A DNA stretch of 61,620 bases, the filler included, from Hausera hauseri (Eukaryota): the NCBI GenBank assembly GCA_046269625.1. It is 11 parts of 11 records of this genome, joined end to end, with 100 filler letters (N's around TTAATTAATTAA, not from the genome) between each part and the next. Parts side by side here need not be neighbours in the genome. Positions count along the whole stretch, not along the records: positions 24,384 to 28,392 come from JBJURY010822862.1; positions 28,493 to 32,972 come from JBJURY010560340.1; positions 33,073 to 37,288 come from JBJURY010695660.1; positions 37,389 to 41,467 come from JBJURY010775425.1; 7 more parts are not named here. The stretch is one strand, 5' to 3'. Every line of letters begins with the position of its first letter. Position 1 is the stretch's first letter. The notes beneath the pieces are model-generated. The model was given only the letters and a program-made list of their open reading frames with translations, was not told the origin of the DNA and did not search any database. The translations under genes were made by a program, and so were the position numbers. Positions 24,384 through 38,770 of the stretch are shown here, in pieces.

Positions 24384-27300
24384 CATCGCGCGAGCGTAGC
24401 CTCTCCAGGCACTCATTTCGTTCCAAATCTCCTGGCGGATGAATGATTTGTTTTTATCACTTGAAATTTCCTAGAAATGCAGAAAAATGTCTTTTGGGTT
24501 GTAGATATTACGACGAGCGTTTTGCGGTGGACAGCCCTATCTGTATTTACCATACAAAATTCAACTCTCTAGCCAGATCGTGTGTTCCGGGTTGTAAACA
24601 TTACAAAAGCAACTTCAGTTTTTCTTTATTTTCTTCTCCGCCTCTTTCTGACTACCAGTCATCTTCTTTCCCTCCACAATCTTCAAAAAGCTAAAAAGGC
24701 CACCAGATGTTACGGCACATTCTGGCGTAGGCAATACTGCTCAATCTTCTGGCCGTCTTAACACCGCCTCCGCAGTTTTTCTATTAAAAGCTACACTGTT
24801 CTCTAGCAATGCTCCACATATCGATTTTCTCATCGACTCCGGAGCTGCCTTTTCACTCCTCCATTTGTCCTTCGTCCCTACATCAATGGCAGTTTCTTCC
24901 TCTCTGCTTTTCACCACCAGCGGTCAACCTTTGTGAATCGCAGGTACCACAGAACTGGTTTTTACATTCTCAAACTTACCAGGCAAGTTTGTCTGGAAAT
25001 TCCACGTGGCCAATATTAAATCTCCAATAATCAGCTGAGATGTTTTGGCCGCACATGACCTGCTAGTTGACTGCAAATATGGTTGTTTGCTACGTAGAGA
25101 CTCCGTCGTGAACGTTAGCGACCGTCTAACAGACAGCGCAACAGGCCAATCGTTTGCGAACTCACATGTGAATTTGGCAAATTGCTTATCGGTTGATAAC
25201 GTTACATCTAGTAGTTTATCTATTTTCTCAGTTACACCTCAAACACCAAAGTCGATTTTAAAACAATCCGTTAAAACGAATGTTGACGGCGGCAATGTTG
25301 TTCGTTCTTCGCCAATCACAGTCAACGCCTCCTGTGATAATACGCCTCAATCATTTTTATCACTAGATTCCAATCTCAAATCCTACATCAATTCTTCTTG
25401 TTCTTTCATACTCAAAAAGGACTATAGCTTTAAGCCCCTATCAACAGCTTATCACCACATTGCACCCAACACCACAGACCCATCAGACAAAAGGTGAGAC
25501 CATTATCGCCTCGTAGACAAAAAGCCCTGGAATTAGAGTTTAACGAACTCGAAAAATCTGGTATTATTCGGAGGTCCAAATCACCACAGGCTTCACCACT
25601 ACATGTAGTGGCAAAAAGGACAGTACTTTTTGACCATGTGCCGTTTACCGTCTAGTAAACAATCTAACCATCATGGATTCTTGCCCATTACAGCTCATAA
25701 ATAACATCGTGCACATTCTTAACAACACCAATACCTATTCCACAATAGATCTGCAAAAAGTCTACCATCAAATTCCCGTTGCACCCGATGACATTCTAAA
25801 GACTGCTGTCATCACTCAATTTGGCTATTTACGAATACATGTTTATGCCATTCGGTTTACGTAACGCAGTCCAAACCTTTCAACGCCACATCGACACCGT
25901 TCTCTCAGGCCTTAATTTTGCTCATCCTTACGTCGATGACATATTAGTTGCCTCCAAATTCGTGAAACAACATTATAAACACCTTCGAATTATTTTTCAC
26001 AGACTACATCATAGCAACTTACAAGTTAATTTCTCCAAAGGCAACTTCCTTCAGAAACGTGTCAAGTTCTTAGGCCACATTATCACTCCTCACGGCCACT
26101 CTCCACAACCTGATCGACTACGTCAATTAAAAAACGTAACACTACCAACGACCACTACAGATATGAAAAGTTTTCTTGCAACACTACATTTTGTCCACAA
26201 ATACATACCGCATTGCTCTGAGCTTACAGCACCTTTCGCACACCTCTCATCTGGAAAGAAAAGACGGCTAATCCAATGGACTGCCGATTTAGTTACCAAA
26301 TTCGATCACTTACGTGAAGGCCTAAAACCGTCGAAATTCTGGCCTATCCAAAACCCAACGAGGAGCTATTACTTACCACTGATGCCTCTTTTACAGCTAC
26401 TGGTGCAATACTACACCAAATTTCCAACGGCGTTGACGAACCTTTGGAATTTTACTCTCGAAAACTCACAATCAGAAAGCAGATGTTCTACATTCGATCG
26501 TGAGCTACTAGCCATAGTTCTGGCAGTAAAACATTTCAAGCATCTCCTCCTGTCTCGCCCATTTATCATCCAAACGGATAACAAGCCTCTGCTGCACATC
26601 ATGTCACTAAAACAGCAATCACAGAGGCAGGAACGACAGATATCGTACCTATCTACATTTAGTTTTGTCATAAAGTATATTTCAGGTACGGAGAATTTGG
26701 TCGCGGATTTCCTGTCACGGTCGATCGGCTCAATTACGGTTGAACCAATATTTTCTACCGAAATTCTAAAGCTCAATCAACCGTCTGCCGATATTCTTAG
26801 CTCTTTCAAATTTTTCGAAATCATTGATGGCATTGCATACGACACATCTAACCACGGTAATAAAAAAATCATACTCACTCCTTCTTTGCAGAAACCAGTT
26901 TTTCTTCACACGCATTCACTTCATCACCCAGGCTCGAAAGCCACGTTTCGCTTGCTCCAACGTCATGTAGTTTGGCCATCAGTGCGCACAGATGTACAGG
27001 GTTGGATTAAGGAATGCATCGCCTGTCAAAAATACAAAGTCAACAAACATCTTAAACCGCCGCTTTACCATTTCCCAAGTACATAACATTTTCATACCGT
27101 CTATCTTGATCTCGTCGGACCTTTACCTTCCGATAACGGGTATCAACATATTTTCACTATAATGGATCGTGCTTTTCGTTGGCCTGAAGCCGTTCCCCTC
27201 CGCTCAACAAACAGCGATTCAGTAGCAGACGCCTTCATCAAAATCTGGATTAGTCGTTTTAGATCTCCACGGCATATCATAACGGACCAAGGTCCGCAGT

Positions 27301-28392
27301 TCGAATCGGAACTTTGTAAATCGCTTGTTAAACGCTTGGGGATATCACATTTCCATACAACACCGTACCACCCACAAGCAAATGGCCTCCTTAAAAGATT
27401 CCATCAAACTATGAAAATTTCTTTAAAAATCCTAGCAGACAATTATCGTAATTGGACGTCCATTCTGCCATTTGTTGTACTCGGTTGGCGCAACACCCCT
27501 TCGACCACCACAAATTGTTCTCCAGCCGAGGTACTTTTTGAGACTCCAATACGGGCTCTGTTCGAACTTTCCGACTTTGACGACAATCCGACAGACGAAA
27601 GCATTCGCGCAGCACAATCGCACTTTTTTGAGGTCAACTCAAACTCATTCTGCTGCTTATTTAACAATAACAAATCGTACATACCGAAGGATTTATACTC
27701 AGCCAAATTTGTATGGCTGAAGGATCAGTCACCTTCAGGCTTTCGACCTCAGTATATTGGTCCATACAAACTACTTCACCTCTCATCTTATACAGCTATT
27801 ATCTTACGCCACGAAAAACCCTACAATGTCCACATTTCAAACGTTAAGCCCGCTTTTTTCGTTGATGACATTCCGGATGCCTATTTTACCTCCAACCCCA
27901 ACTCAAATCTCGCTCCTTCCATTCCTTCCTCAAACTTTCTCCACGATTTCACTCCCTTACAACAACCGCTCTTCTCTCACACTAAATTATCCTCAACTTC
28001 CGCACCGCTTACTGAATCTACATCGCTTACTCCGTTTTCTCCGCCCGCATCTTTCCCCTCTCTTTCACCATCCCCACCACCTTCCGTTTCTTCGCCTCCG
28101 TTGTCTGATTTATTCCCTTCACTATCTTCAACGTTTTCACTTCAAGCAACACAGCACAGTGAATCAGAAAACCTTCCAAAACGTCCACCACAAAATATCG
28201 TCCAACAACCAAGCACAAACCAACCAAATAGGACAGTCAGAGTGACAATCAGTGCCTATAGCAGGGAAAAATCCGTAAACGGAACACAACGCCTCATACA
28301 CACCAAAACCCAATAGGTACTAAACAATTTTAGCGTTTCGCCTCGTTCTGTTTCACCCTACAGTTTATTTTCTGCCACAGGGGGGGGGGTGA
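24384..28392 (+). mobile_element. pol: Ty3/Gypsy element (CsRN1/Kabuki-like), gag end through pol to PPT, degenerate
   Basis: Gag CFYH..KC..GC motifs x2; protease FLIDSGAAFSLL (~24825-24862); RT MPFGLRNAVQTFQ/PYVDDILV; RNase H FDRELLAI, TDNKPL; IN HHPG..CIAC, DLVGPLP, TDQGPQFES, IGPYK. G-rich PPT at 28379-28389, then TG. Confidence 0.92.
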
Positions 28393-28492
28393 NNNNNNNN
28401 NNNNNNNNNNNNNNNNNNNNNNNNNNNNNNNNNNNNTTAATTAATTAANNNNNNNNNNNNNNNNNNNNNNNNNNNNNNNNNNNNNNNNNNNN

Positions 28493-29090
28493 CCTTCAGG
28501 ATTTGCGGATTATTTGTTTCTCGTTGGCTTTTCAAGTATCGACGTGAATCTTGAATATCCAAAATTGCGTCTGTCTCCTCTGGAACCGTACTTCGCCTCT
28601 AGATCTTCCTGCGTCTTAATTAAGCTTGCCTTAGTCGGTTGGGTAAACGATACGCTCCGAGGATTGGGCATGACCGTGCTGTGGCCTTCCTTACCACATG
28701 TATAGCATATTAAGTTTCCGTTTCTACCAAACCGTTGTCGACCGTCCACATTTATGGATGATTTCGAGCGGCTGTCGCTCCTAGAATAACCCTGATTTAA
28801 GGATTCTATCTGGTTTTTTCTACTAAATTTGTTTTCACTGCTTTTAAAATCATCGTCTATTTCCATCTTTGAATTTGAAACTTCTGTTATTGTTTTTGCA
28901 ACCATCTTCGACTTCGCGTTCATGTCATTTGAATTTCGATTACTGTCTAAACTTTTGTTCTCGTAGCGTGGATTCCTATCCATCCTAATATCGTAGTTCC
29001 GATTTCGACCGCTTTCTTGGTATCGTCCACCATTTCTGTTTATATCGATGAGCTCATTTCGTTCTACGTTCTTGTCGTATCGTTCATTGT
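28493..29090 (-). pseudogene. gag: Gypsy gag C-terminal fragment with zinc knuckle
   Basis: R/N/S-rich region followed by ICYTCGKEGHS (CCHC knuckle with the last Cys missing). Confidence 0.6.
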
Positions 29091-29194
29091 GCTTAGCATA
29101 TCGGTTTTTAGTACAGCACTATAGGCTAATAATTCTTATTGAAGTCGATACTGTGTAGCTGATAATTATAGCTTGCTTGTCAAAAGTTTTGAAG

Positions 29195-30190
29195 TGATAT
29201 ATATGTATATGTATATATTGGGGTGGCCCTACTCAACTTCCACTGTATAACATTAAATTCAGTCAATTGATTCGTTTTTTTTTTCAGAAAGTTTGGTTTA
29301 CCGTTCTCAGTAAATCAGGATGTGCCTTAACGATTTTATCGGTTTAAGAACGTATCTGCTGGTACTGCATGTAGTCCTCTGCAGTAAATTTATTAGCTTT
29401 CCTCTTAACTATTTAAATTTAAGTTCAAGATTTTAATCCTTTGGATAGTCAAATCGATCTTAAGGAAACTTAAGACTTCGCAATAAACAATACAATTACC
29501 AATTTACAATAGGAAAATGTCTCGTTACACGTTCGATAAACGTCAGTTAAATTAAATTAAATGATTCTGGAAAATTTCTCTGAATCCAAGGCACTCTGTA
29601 TCTGTAAATTCTGACTATAATCGGTTTCACAACTCTATCGGTTAACGATTCAGTTTCAACTGACTACCTCTCATTCTGTCTCGCTGTCTATTTATATTCG
29701 GTAGCATAGCGGATTTCGATTGGCTTACTTCTTTTTTGGTTTTGATCGATCACTAATCGAGTCGACAATGCAAATAAAGTCGAGCCTAAATTAAAAACAA
29801 ATAAATGTAGAAGAAAATGACAGAAACCAATTACCTGAACTTCTAGTAATTTTAATTGATTGAATCGGGTGAGGAGACCGGTTTTCTTGATCCTGCTGAT
29901 TCCTGTTGGACAAATAAATGCGAATTCTGACATTTAAATAAATTTACTTTTAATTTTCTGGTGATTCTATGTAAATTTTTATATTGACATTGCATAATGG
30001 ATTGGGTGTAAAATAGGTATAAATACTGTACATTTTAGACATAAATTCATGAACAATTCTTGTCTTTACTTTGCTGTCTTGACAACTGCTATACCTTACG
30101 TAAGTATCCTTGCTGTTTAGTAGTCGCTTGGTAATCGTTTTATTGTTATTTTTGTTTTTATGTTCATACGTATTCATGCAGTGATAACCA
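29195..30190 (-). mobile_element. LTR related to the contig 3 and contig 9 LTRs
   Basis: The reverse complement near 29195-29252 (TGTTATACAGTGGAAGTTGAGTAGGGCCACCCCAATAT..) matches the contig 3 LTR end (TGTTATATAGTGGGAGTTGATTAGGGGCCACCGCAATAT). Both share ATAGAGTTG..ACCGATT after a TATA box. The 5' boundary is uncertain. Confidence 0.6.
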
Positions 30191-30899
30191 ATATATTATA
30201 TTTTTATAAATTTGTTATTATTTCTTTTTTTTGGTAAGTAACCAAATTAACTAACTAACCATTAAGTAACTGGTTAAAGCCGTCCAGGTCAACCCTACTT
30301 GACGGCGTCCTATTTAATATAAAGTAAAGAGAGCCAAATAAACCTTAAGGCCAAATAAGTATACGCCCACAGGCAGCTACTGCCCCGACACATCACCTAT
30401 AAGCTAGTGATAGGTAGGACAGTACTTCTGATTACCTCTAAACTTAAGTATTGACAGACAACCAAGTGCCTACTTTTGTTCTCTCCACTAATTTGAATAA
30501 AGTATTATTAAGTCTCTCCCAACCTAAAATTGGTGTAGATTGAACAGTATTACAAGCAATTTTATATGAAGCTGCTCAAAACGATTCCATTAGTTATTTC
30601 GAGCAACCTACGAATCAAAATGATTCAATAAAATGGACATTAACACAAACTCATACTACAGGAAAAAATGCGAAACACTGCTTACAGCACTACAACGTAT
30701 TCAATCATTCGATCGAAATTATTCGATGCCACATTATCCTGGCTGTCTTATTAATTACTTATACGCCGCCCTCTTATCCGTCGCTTCGTTTCCGTAATAA
30801 AATTGTTTCACTGATTCATCGATCTGCCAATTCGTGGACGAGTCTTAAATATTTCCATCGAATCGCAGTCCCACTGAAGGAGAATACCGCACTGCAATC

Positions 30900-31260
30900 A
30901 CCGGTAAACAATGCAAATTCCTTCTACGGGAATTGGATCATTTGTATCCGTTATTATCCACTGCCACAGTAAAGACTGTGTGCATGAGTTTAGTCAATAA
31001 GTTAACTCTGGACTGCAGCCGGTCTCGAAAATATTTGGAATTTGTTCACGGGTTACATTCGAATATCCAATTTGCCATAGAAGGTCGATTTGGATATTCG
31101 GAAAAGTGCACGACAGGCACTTGCCAATTGCGGATTAAATTTATCGACCGATGTCTCTTTTCCAATTGATACGCAACATCCTCGTGGGTTATACATCGTT
31201 TGTGAGTCATTTGTACTGTCGTCGAATTTATCTGTGACTGAATTTCTAACTATTGCCGAA
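30900..31260 (+). pseudogene. Possible Penelope-like RT remnant
   Basis: YLEFVHGLHSNIQFAIE resembles the PLE FLxxLNSxHPNIxFTxE motif; IHRL*VICT follows. Weak and fragmentary. Confidence 0.3.
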
Positions 31261-31714
31261 CTTCATTGAAACACATCGAATGCACTCAACGACAAATTCT
31301 GGACAATTAAGAGGACAATACCTGTTCCATCAGATCCGAAAATGACTCACACAGAAACAATGCATGCGGGAAACTCGGTAACTCCGGATTTTCGAATCCG
31401 TCGCGGCGAGGCTGAGGCCCCGGCTGCCCACTCTATACCATTGGTTCAGACGGCACCGTTTGTTGCCGCTCCACGACACGCCCACGGCCACACAACCTCT
31501 CCTTACTTCCTTTTTTTTCTTAAATAACACACATTTGCACAAATGCAGTAACACATTTTTACACGGCGGCAATCTACACCTTTATCTCCACCTTCTTTTG
31601 CTCATCTGACTTTTACCTAACACACACTACAGCTTCACGGTACCTCTCGTTGGAACTCTGCAATCTTCGTCATTTAATATATGTCTTCACATTCACTTCC
31701 GCATTTGTGGTGGC

Positions 31715-32972
31715 ATGGATTCACCACTTACTATGGACATCACGGACAAACCCACCAAACCACCGATCTCTATCACTTACTTACCCAAACAAAGCGCCTC
31801 AAACAGTTTGACACAGCACACACTCCCCACTCATTTACCCAGAACAAAATACTTCCTCGATAGCCAAAATTCTACTCAAACATGGTTAAGACTGCATCAA
31901 TTCTGGCTCTAATCACAAAACGTCGTCGACCCCTTATCCAAAGCCAACAGCCTATTTTTTCATTTACCTGCCTCCATCAAAACAAAAATCACAAACATCA
32001 TCGACATCCTTCAGCACACCGATTCATATGCTCAACTTTATAGTGCTGTTCATAAGCTCACTCAGCCGTCAATCGACTCTATCATTGAAAGATTTTTTAA
32101 TGACAACACCATGGGCCTTCAGAGGCCTTCTGAATTCTTGCGCACATCCTTGTCTCACCTCAATACCCTTGGCGTAACATCTGAGCATAGTCCAGAACTT
32201 CTTCGTTGTTACTTTTTAAACGCATTGCCCCTTCAAATAAGAGCTTTGCTCACTGTGGTCGAAGAGTTCACGGCACTGGAAAAGTTAGCCGAACTGGAGG
32301 ACAAAGACTATGAGGTGCTTCACTCACACACAGCACCAACTGTCTCTGCGGCATTAACAACAAACCACCAACAATTAAATGCAATGCTGCAGCAACAAAT
32401 TGTGCAATTACGCACAGAAAATAAAATGTTGCAAAAGACAATTAACAACATAAACGAGAAATTAAATGAGTTAACGCTCTCTCAACGGGGTTTTTCTATG
32501 GCTGCTTCCCATAATGTATTTCATCAACGAAAAAGACGGTCGCCTTTGTCCGTGCGGTAGTCTATTTGCTACTATCACAACAAATTTGGTAACAATGCTC
32601 AGAAATAATGCATCGGTTGTAAATTTTACTCTCCCGATTTTAATACAAGCAACAAATTTTGCATCTATCACGCAAAATTTGGAATAAAAGAACAAAAATG
32701 CCTACCTGGCTGCAACTACAACACGCACAATAAAATCAACACTATTAAACCCACACAAAATAGCAGGCCAAACTCATCAGCTACAAAAAACTGATGTCGC
32801 CGCTAGGACACACGGCAAGTTCTAGCAAAGGCAGCAACTTGCAAAAAGATAGCCGACACATTTTCTTTGCTGTATTCACGTTGGAAGCAGCAGTCGTCAC
32901 TCCAACAAAGCAAAACATTAACTTTCTTATAGACACCGGCGCAGCAATCTCTCTACTGCCACCAACACAACA
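31715..32972 (+). pseudogene. gag: Gypsy (CsRN1-like) gag plus start of protease; same family as contig 5
   Basis: A single frame with stops runs 31715-32794: MGLQRPSEFLR, FLNALPLQIRALL, CYYHNKFG and CIYHAKFG..KCLPGC. AAAAAAC-TGA slippery site at ~32785-32794, then protease FLIDTGAAISLLP. Confidence 0.85.
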
Positions 32973-33229
32973 NNNNNNNNNNNNNNNNNNNNNNNNNNNN
33001 NNNNNNNNNNNNNNNNTTAATTAATTAANNNNNNNNNNNNNNNNNNNNNNNNNNNNNNNNNNNNNNNNNNNNATAACGAACAATCATTGGTAAACCCCTC
33101 AGCTCCACGATACGTAGTGCATACAATATTATACCAAATGCATCAAGTGTAACAGATGTAACGAAATTTGGATGAAAATGTTGTACCTTATAAACGGAAA
33201 TTTACGTATAAAACTGACGATAAAAATGA

Positions 33230-36200
33230 ACAACAACCACCAATAAGGCCAGAAATATAAATAGAGGTAAAAGGATACCCAATGATGGCTTTGCTACACA
33301 CAGGATCTACTACAACGATAATGGGAAAGAGTCAATTACCAAAGGAGTTAAAAAGGAAGTTACGAAGAGCAACTACCACATTAGTAAATGTAGGAGCATT
33401 CGGTACAGAAGAGGAAGTTAAGATGGTTTTGGATTTCAAAATTAAGATTGGCAAACAAATACTGAAACATAATATAAGGATAGCCGACAATTTGACTAAT
33501 AAAATTTTAATTGGGTGTGATATATTAAACAAATTGTTGAACGCTTACATAGATGTAAGAACCTGTCAACTTAAGACGTTTGGTGAAGATAGAAAAAAAG
33601 ATTGGTCTCACTAACAGAAGACATCGCTATACCAGCGCGATCTGAGATAGTAGTACCCGGAAAAATAGAAAGTCAAGTATTACAGGAGGTTATTTACTTT
33701 GAACCATTCCCACAAGTTATGGAGAAGTATGAAGTTTTAGTTGCCACCCCTCCATGTAGATAGACTAAGGGATGGAAAGATCCATTTGCGAATTTGTAAT
33801 ACGGCAAGCAAAGAAAGGCGATTAAGAAAGAATACGACATTGGACGAAGCGACGACCAGTGAGGAAATAATAAAACAAGAAATATGTTTAGCAACTTCGG
33901 ATGTAATTAAAATAGAAAAATTGATGATAGAGAAGTTAAAGAAGGAACCAAATGAAAATAGAGAAAAAGATAAAATTATCAACATCAGTTGGCATGAGAA
34001 GCTACAGAAACGTGAAATTTTAACTAAGGAAGAGAAGAGGATGCTAAGGGAACTATTACAAAAGAATGATAATCGATTTGCGCAAAATGATTATGACTTG
34101 AGTACAATAAATATAATACAACATACTATTAAGTTAAAGGAGGGTCAGGATAAACCAAATAAGAAAAGACCATATCGATTAGCATGTGACAAAAAACAGG
34201 AAGCACGGAAAATAATAAAAGAAATGAGAGAAAATAAAATAATTCGACTTAGCTGTTCTCAATGAGCAACGCCAGTGGTAATGGTAAAAAAGAAAGACGG
34301 CACGATGAGATTTTGTATAGACTATAGAGCACTAAACGAAATAACGGAGACAAATACCTATCCGTGCCAAGAATTGACGAAATATTGGACAAATTACACG
34401 GATCAACAGTTTTTTCAACAATAGATTTGCAAAAAGGTTATTGATAAGTGGAGGTGAAAGAAGAGGATAAACCGAAAACAGCCTTCTCAATTGGAAAAGG
34501 GTTATGGGAGTTTAACAGGATGCCATTTGGATTAAAAAATGGACCGCCAACGTTCCAGAGAGGAACAGAACTCCTGCTGTTAGACGCCACACATGCTATG
34601 GTATATATTGATGATGTAATAATAGCGTCACCAAATTTTCAACAACATCTAAAGGATCTGAAAGATTTCTTTGACAGATGCGAAATAAGGGGTCTGAAGA
34701 TACACCCAAAGAAGTGTTCATTTGCCCAAACGGAAGTAGATTTCCTCGGACATAGAGTAGACAGGCATGGTGTAAAACCTCAAGACAAGCTCTTAGGAAA
34801 AATAAGAGACTTCCCAAAACCAGGTACATACAAAGAATTACGTCGTTTCTTAGGTTTGGCAAACTACTACCGAAGATTTATAAAGGATTTCAGTAAAATT
34901 GCAAAACCTTTATATGAACTATTACGTGATGATCTAGACAAGGTTATTTGGACGAATAAATGTCAAAAAGCTTTTGAATATCTTAAAGATAGACTGTTAA
35001 CTGCTACTATATTAATCTATCCTAATATGACCAAACCATTTATTTTAGCAACAGATGCAAGTAATTATGGCGTAGGAGCAGTGTTGTCACAAAAGGGTGA
35101 AGACGGTAAGGAACATCCAGTAGCTTACGTTTCACGAAAACTCAATAAACACCAGAAAAAATACGCGGTGATAGCGAAAGAACTATTACCAATAATATTT
35201 GCCCTAGAAGTATTTTCGCTGCATATCAGTGAGAATAAACCTCTCTTAATTTATACCGATCACCGACCGTTACAATGGCTAAAGCAGCATGAGAATCCAA
35301 ATAATAGACTCCTACAATGGGCTCTAAAGTTATAGCCTTTTACACTGAATTTCCAATATAAACCCGGATCGCGAAAGGCAAACGCGGATTATTTATCTAT
35401 AATACCCCACAAATCAGAAACAGAAAAGCAGTCGTTTCAGCCGTATGGAGTATGGATAGGTCCGTAGAAAGAATTAAGGCAAACCAAAATAAGGACGCTG
35501 AAATAAGAGCCATTAAGAAATATATAAAAGACAAAACCATACCAGCTGACAGAGAGTTAACTCGCCACCTGGCCGATTTAGTGAATCTTATGAAGAAAAA
35601 GAAGGATTTCTATATTTTATTCATCAAAACGGACCTGCCTTAGTAATTCCAAAGAAAAATAAAGCAGTTTTATTGACTCAATATTACGATGGACTGCAAG
35701 GTGTTAACCAATCAGCCAGTAAGACTCTTAATAAATTAAAATGGAACTACTTCTTACCAACAATAATGAAAGATGTACAGGAATGGTGCGATAGTTGCAA
35801 ACTTTGTGCTACCCGGAAAAACACGGGATCAAAATTCAAAGCAACACTAAAGGTATGGGACAACCCTCCAGCGCCATTCGAGTTTACCGCAATGGATATA
35901 ACGGGGCCATTACGGCTGACATGGAATGGAAACAGATATATCTTTGTCTTCATTGACTATTTCACGAGATGGGTTGTTGCCCTACCAATAGCGGATATGA
36001 AGGCTGATACAATCGCTGATAAATTCGTGGAGAATATAGTATTTAATTATGGAGCCACAAGAATCCTCTTAACTGACCAAGCGCCGAATTCAACCGGAAC
36101 GGTAATGCAATCCATATACGACATTCTGAAGATATTAAAACTACGATCCACGCCGGGACACCCGGAGAATAATGGAATGGCCTAGAGGTAAATTGGAGAT

Positions 36201-37288
36201 TTAAAAGGAAAATTACAAACGGTACTAAATACTAGACAAGACGACTGCGACGAATATATCAATGCATGTGTTTTCTTAAATCGGACATCGGTTAATGAAG
36301 CTACTAAAGAAATCCCCTTTTACGTAATGTATTTAAGGGATGCAAGACTGCCAATTGACTTAGATTTTAATGTGAAACCCGTTTCGCACCTAATGCAAGT
36401 AGAAGATTATAAACGGCTCATGCAGGAACGCATTCATTTGGCATATCAAACAACTGGAAATAATCAGAGTATAAATTAAAATATAAAAAGTACTACGACA
36501 AGAAGACCAAACAGCCAAAAATTAAGATAGGTGACCAAGTAATGTTATATTCACCGGCAATTAAAAAAGGTAAAACATCTAAGTTGGATAGGTCATATAA
36601 AGGACCATATTAAGTAGAAAAAGAGGATCTACCGAATATTTGTATGAAGAAAAATAACACGTCTTTGAAGGTCCACGTTAATAGATGTAAATCCGCGGCC
36701 AAGGAGAGTGAGTTAAGGGAAGTTGAAGAGTTAGTGCAAAGTATTAATGAGAAAGTAGTCGAAGTAGACTCAACAAATAGACCTCATCGGTTCACGACGG
36801 GTCTATTATGGATCATCATCTTGTTATTTTCCGGAGTTATAGGACAGATGACTAATCAAGAAATTGAACAAGCAAAAATGAGACATGCAGTGGCCATAAA
36901 AGAAGATCTGTTAATGAAAGCTCCACAGTATAAGATAACATATTCAGAGAAAGGTCAGAAAGTGATAATCTGAAGTATGCCATAACAATTTCCCCCAACG
37001 TATATAATGGGGATACAAGTGATACCTTGGTATGATAACAAGAGAGATCCCAACGAGTGACAATATAATTGTCTATTCCATCCACGGGCCGGTCAAACAC
37101 AGTGTATTGTACAAGGCTCAGGCTTTAACTACATATATCTTACATTTATTAAAAAGCAGGGAGATTATTATAGAAGCTAGAAAACAAAATTCTATAGATC
37201 AATAGTGATCCCTACTAGACAACAGATAAACAAAACACTATTAGACGAAATAATACTCAACCAATTAATAGTAAGACCAATGCGATTT
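33230..37288 (+). pseudogene. pol: Ty3/Gypsy pol (PR-RT-RNase H-IN) with in-frame env N-terminus
   Basis: PR ALLHTGS; RT MPFGLKNGPPTFQR, VYIDDVII; RH LATDASNYGVGAVLSQ, TDHRPL; IN CDSCKLC, MDITGPL, LTDQAPN, GPY. Signal-peptide-like TGLLWIIILLFSGVIG at ~36797-36844. Several stops. Confidence 0.93.
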
Positions 37289-37764
37289 NNNNNNNNNNNN
37301 NNNNNNNNNNNNNNNNNNNNNNNNNNNNNNNNTTAATTAATTAANNNNNNNNNNNNNNNNNNNNNNNNNNNNNNNNNNNNNNNNNNNNTCTTCCATTGTG
37401 ACAAAACTGAATCAGATTATTTCATCAATCACTATTTGGATAAATAAAGATTTGTAAATGTTATGCTAATAAATTTTTATTACTTATTTCTTACGTTTTT
37501 CTCATTAAAGGGAAAACCGCTTTGTTCTAGGGTAGGACTTTGTTCCGGGGTGGGAAAACCCATTTGGCCCCAATGCTCTCGATTCGTCCTCTACTCCTAT
37601 TGGCTTACTTCCTTTCCCCCGATGACGTGTCCTCTTCCCATTCGACAGTTTTCCTTCCCCGCGATGACGTGTTCTCCTCTTATTTGCTTCCTTACTTCCC
37701 TGGGGGGGGGGTTGGGGGAAAACTCCTCCCTTCCTACTACTCGAATAATGTATTCGATTATCTG

Positions 37765-38770
37765 TCATTGGATTCGGATTCTTCATATATGGCTTTCTAT
37801 CTGTGTGCGCTATTAGAATTATCGATTTCAGTGTGCTTCACATTCAAATTAACACTAAGATTACTCAGTTAATTAAAACAAATAAGCACCGTCGACTTAC
37901 ATAATTTTTACCATATTGACAAACTTTGTTTTAATCGACAATGGTGCACTGCATAGCGCTATCTTTGATTTCACTATAGGTTTTTGAATATGGTAAATCT
38001 ATTGGACTGATCGGATTCTTCAAATAACGTAAGCTTGATTGAGTTTTCGAGTTCAAATCGCTAATTATTCGATTTCGAATAATGTATTAGAATATCTAAC
38101 ACAAGATTCAGATTCGCCATAAATAAATTCCTATCTGTCAACGCTTAAAGATTTATTGATTCCATTGTGCTTTACCTCCAATTTTACCCTCAAGTGTGCA
38201 ATCAAAATAAGCACAGTTTAATTACTTAGTATTTTATGTACTTTTTACTTGTTATTAAACCTTGTTTTCATCAGCAAGGATGCACTGCATGGCGCTAACT
38301 TTGATTTCATTACAAGTATTCGCATATAGGGAATCTATTGGACTGATCATATTCTTCGAATAATGTATATTGATCGAGTTTTCGAGTTCGAATAGCTACA
38401 TATTCGACTTGGAAGCTCGAATTCGAATACCTGATGTCATATTCCGATTTAACATATGCATCTTCCTATCCGTCTGCGCTATTAGATTTATCGATTCCGC
38501 TTCACTGGGCTTTAAATGCAGATTTTGCTTAATTAGAAATATTGATTTTGTATCTATATAGCACATTTTCATGGAATAACTTTAATGCATAAGGGGGTAT
38601 TCGGACATGAGGAATCGATTGCCGTTGTTAGATTTTTCGAAAAGTTCAATATTCGATATTCGGGCCAAAATTTTTTCGAATTTTGAATGTTCGACTCGAT
38701 ATTCGAGATCGCCATACTCGACTTCCTATCTGCCCCCGCTAAATGTTGTATCGAATTTTGATTCCTTGGA
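37765..38770 (+). repeat. Degenerate ~335-bp tandem repeat, ~3 copies
   Basis: TGCACTGCAT.GCGCTA..TTTGATTTCA...AATCTATTGGACTGATC occurs at ~37945 and ~38281. TTCCTATC(T/C)G..GCT motifs occur at ~37795, 38128, 38463 and 38723. Confidence 0.7.

Noticed and set aside
33600-33860. IPARSEIVVP...HLRICN segment between protease and RT as a novel insert
   Set aside because: Similar spacer (possibly degenerate dUTPase-like) regions are common in Gypsy pol, and no catalytic motifs are present.
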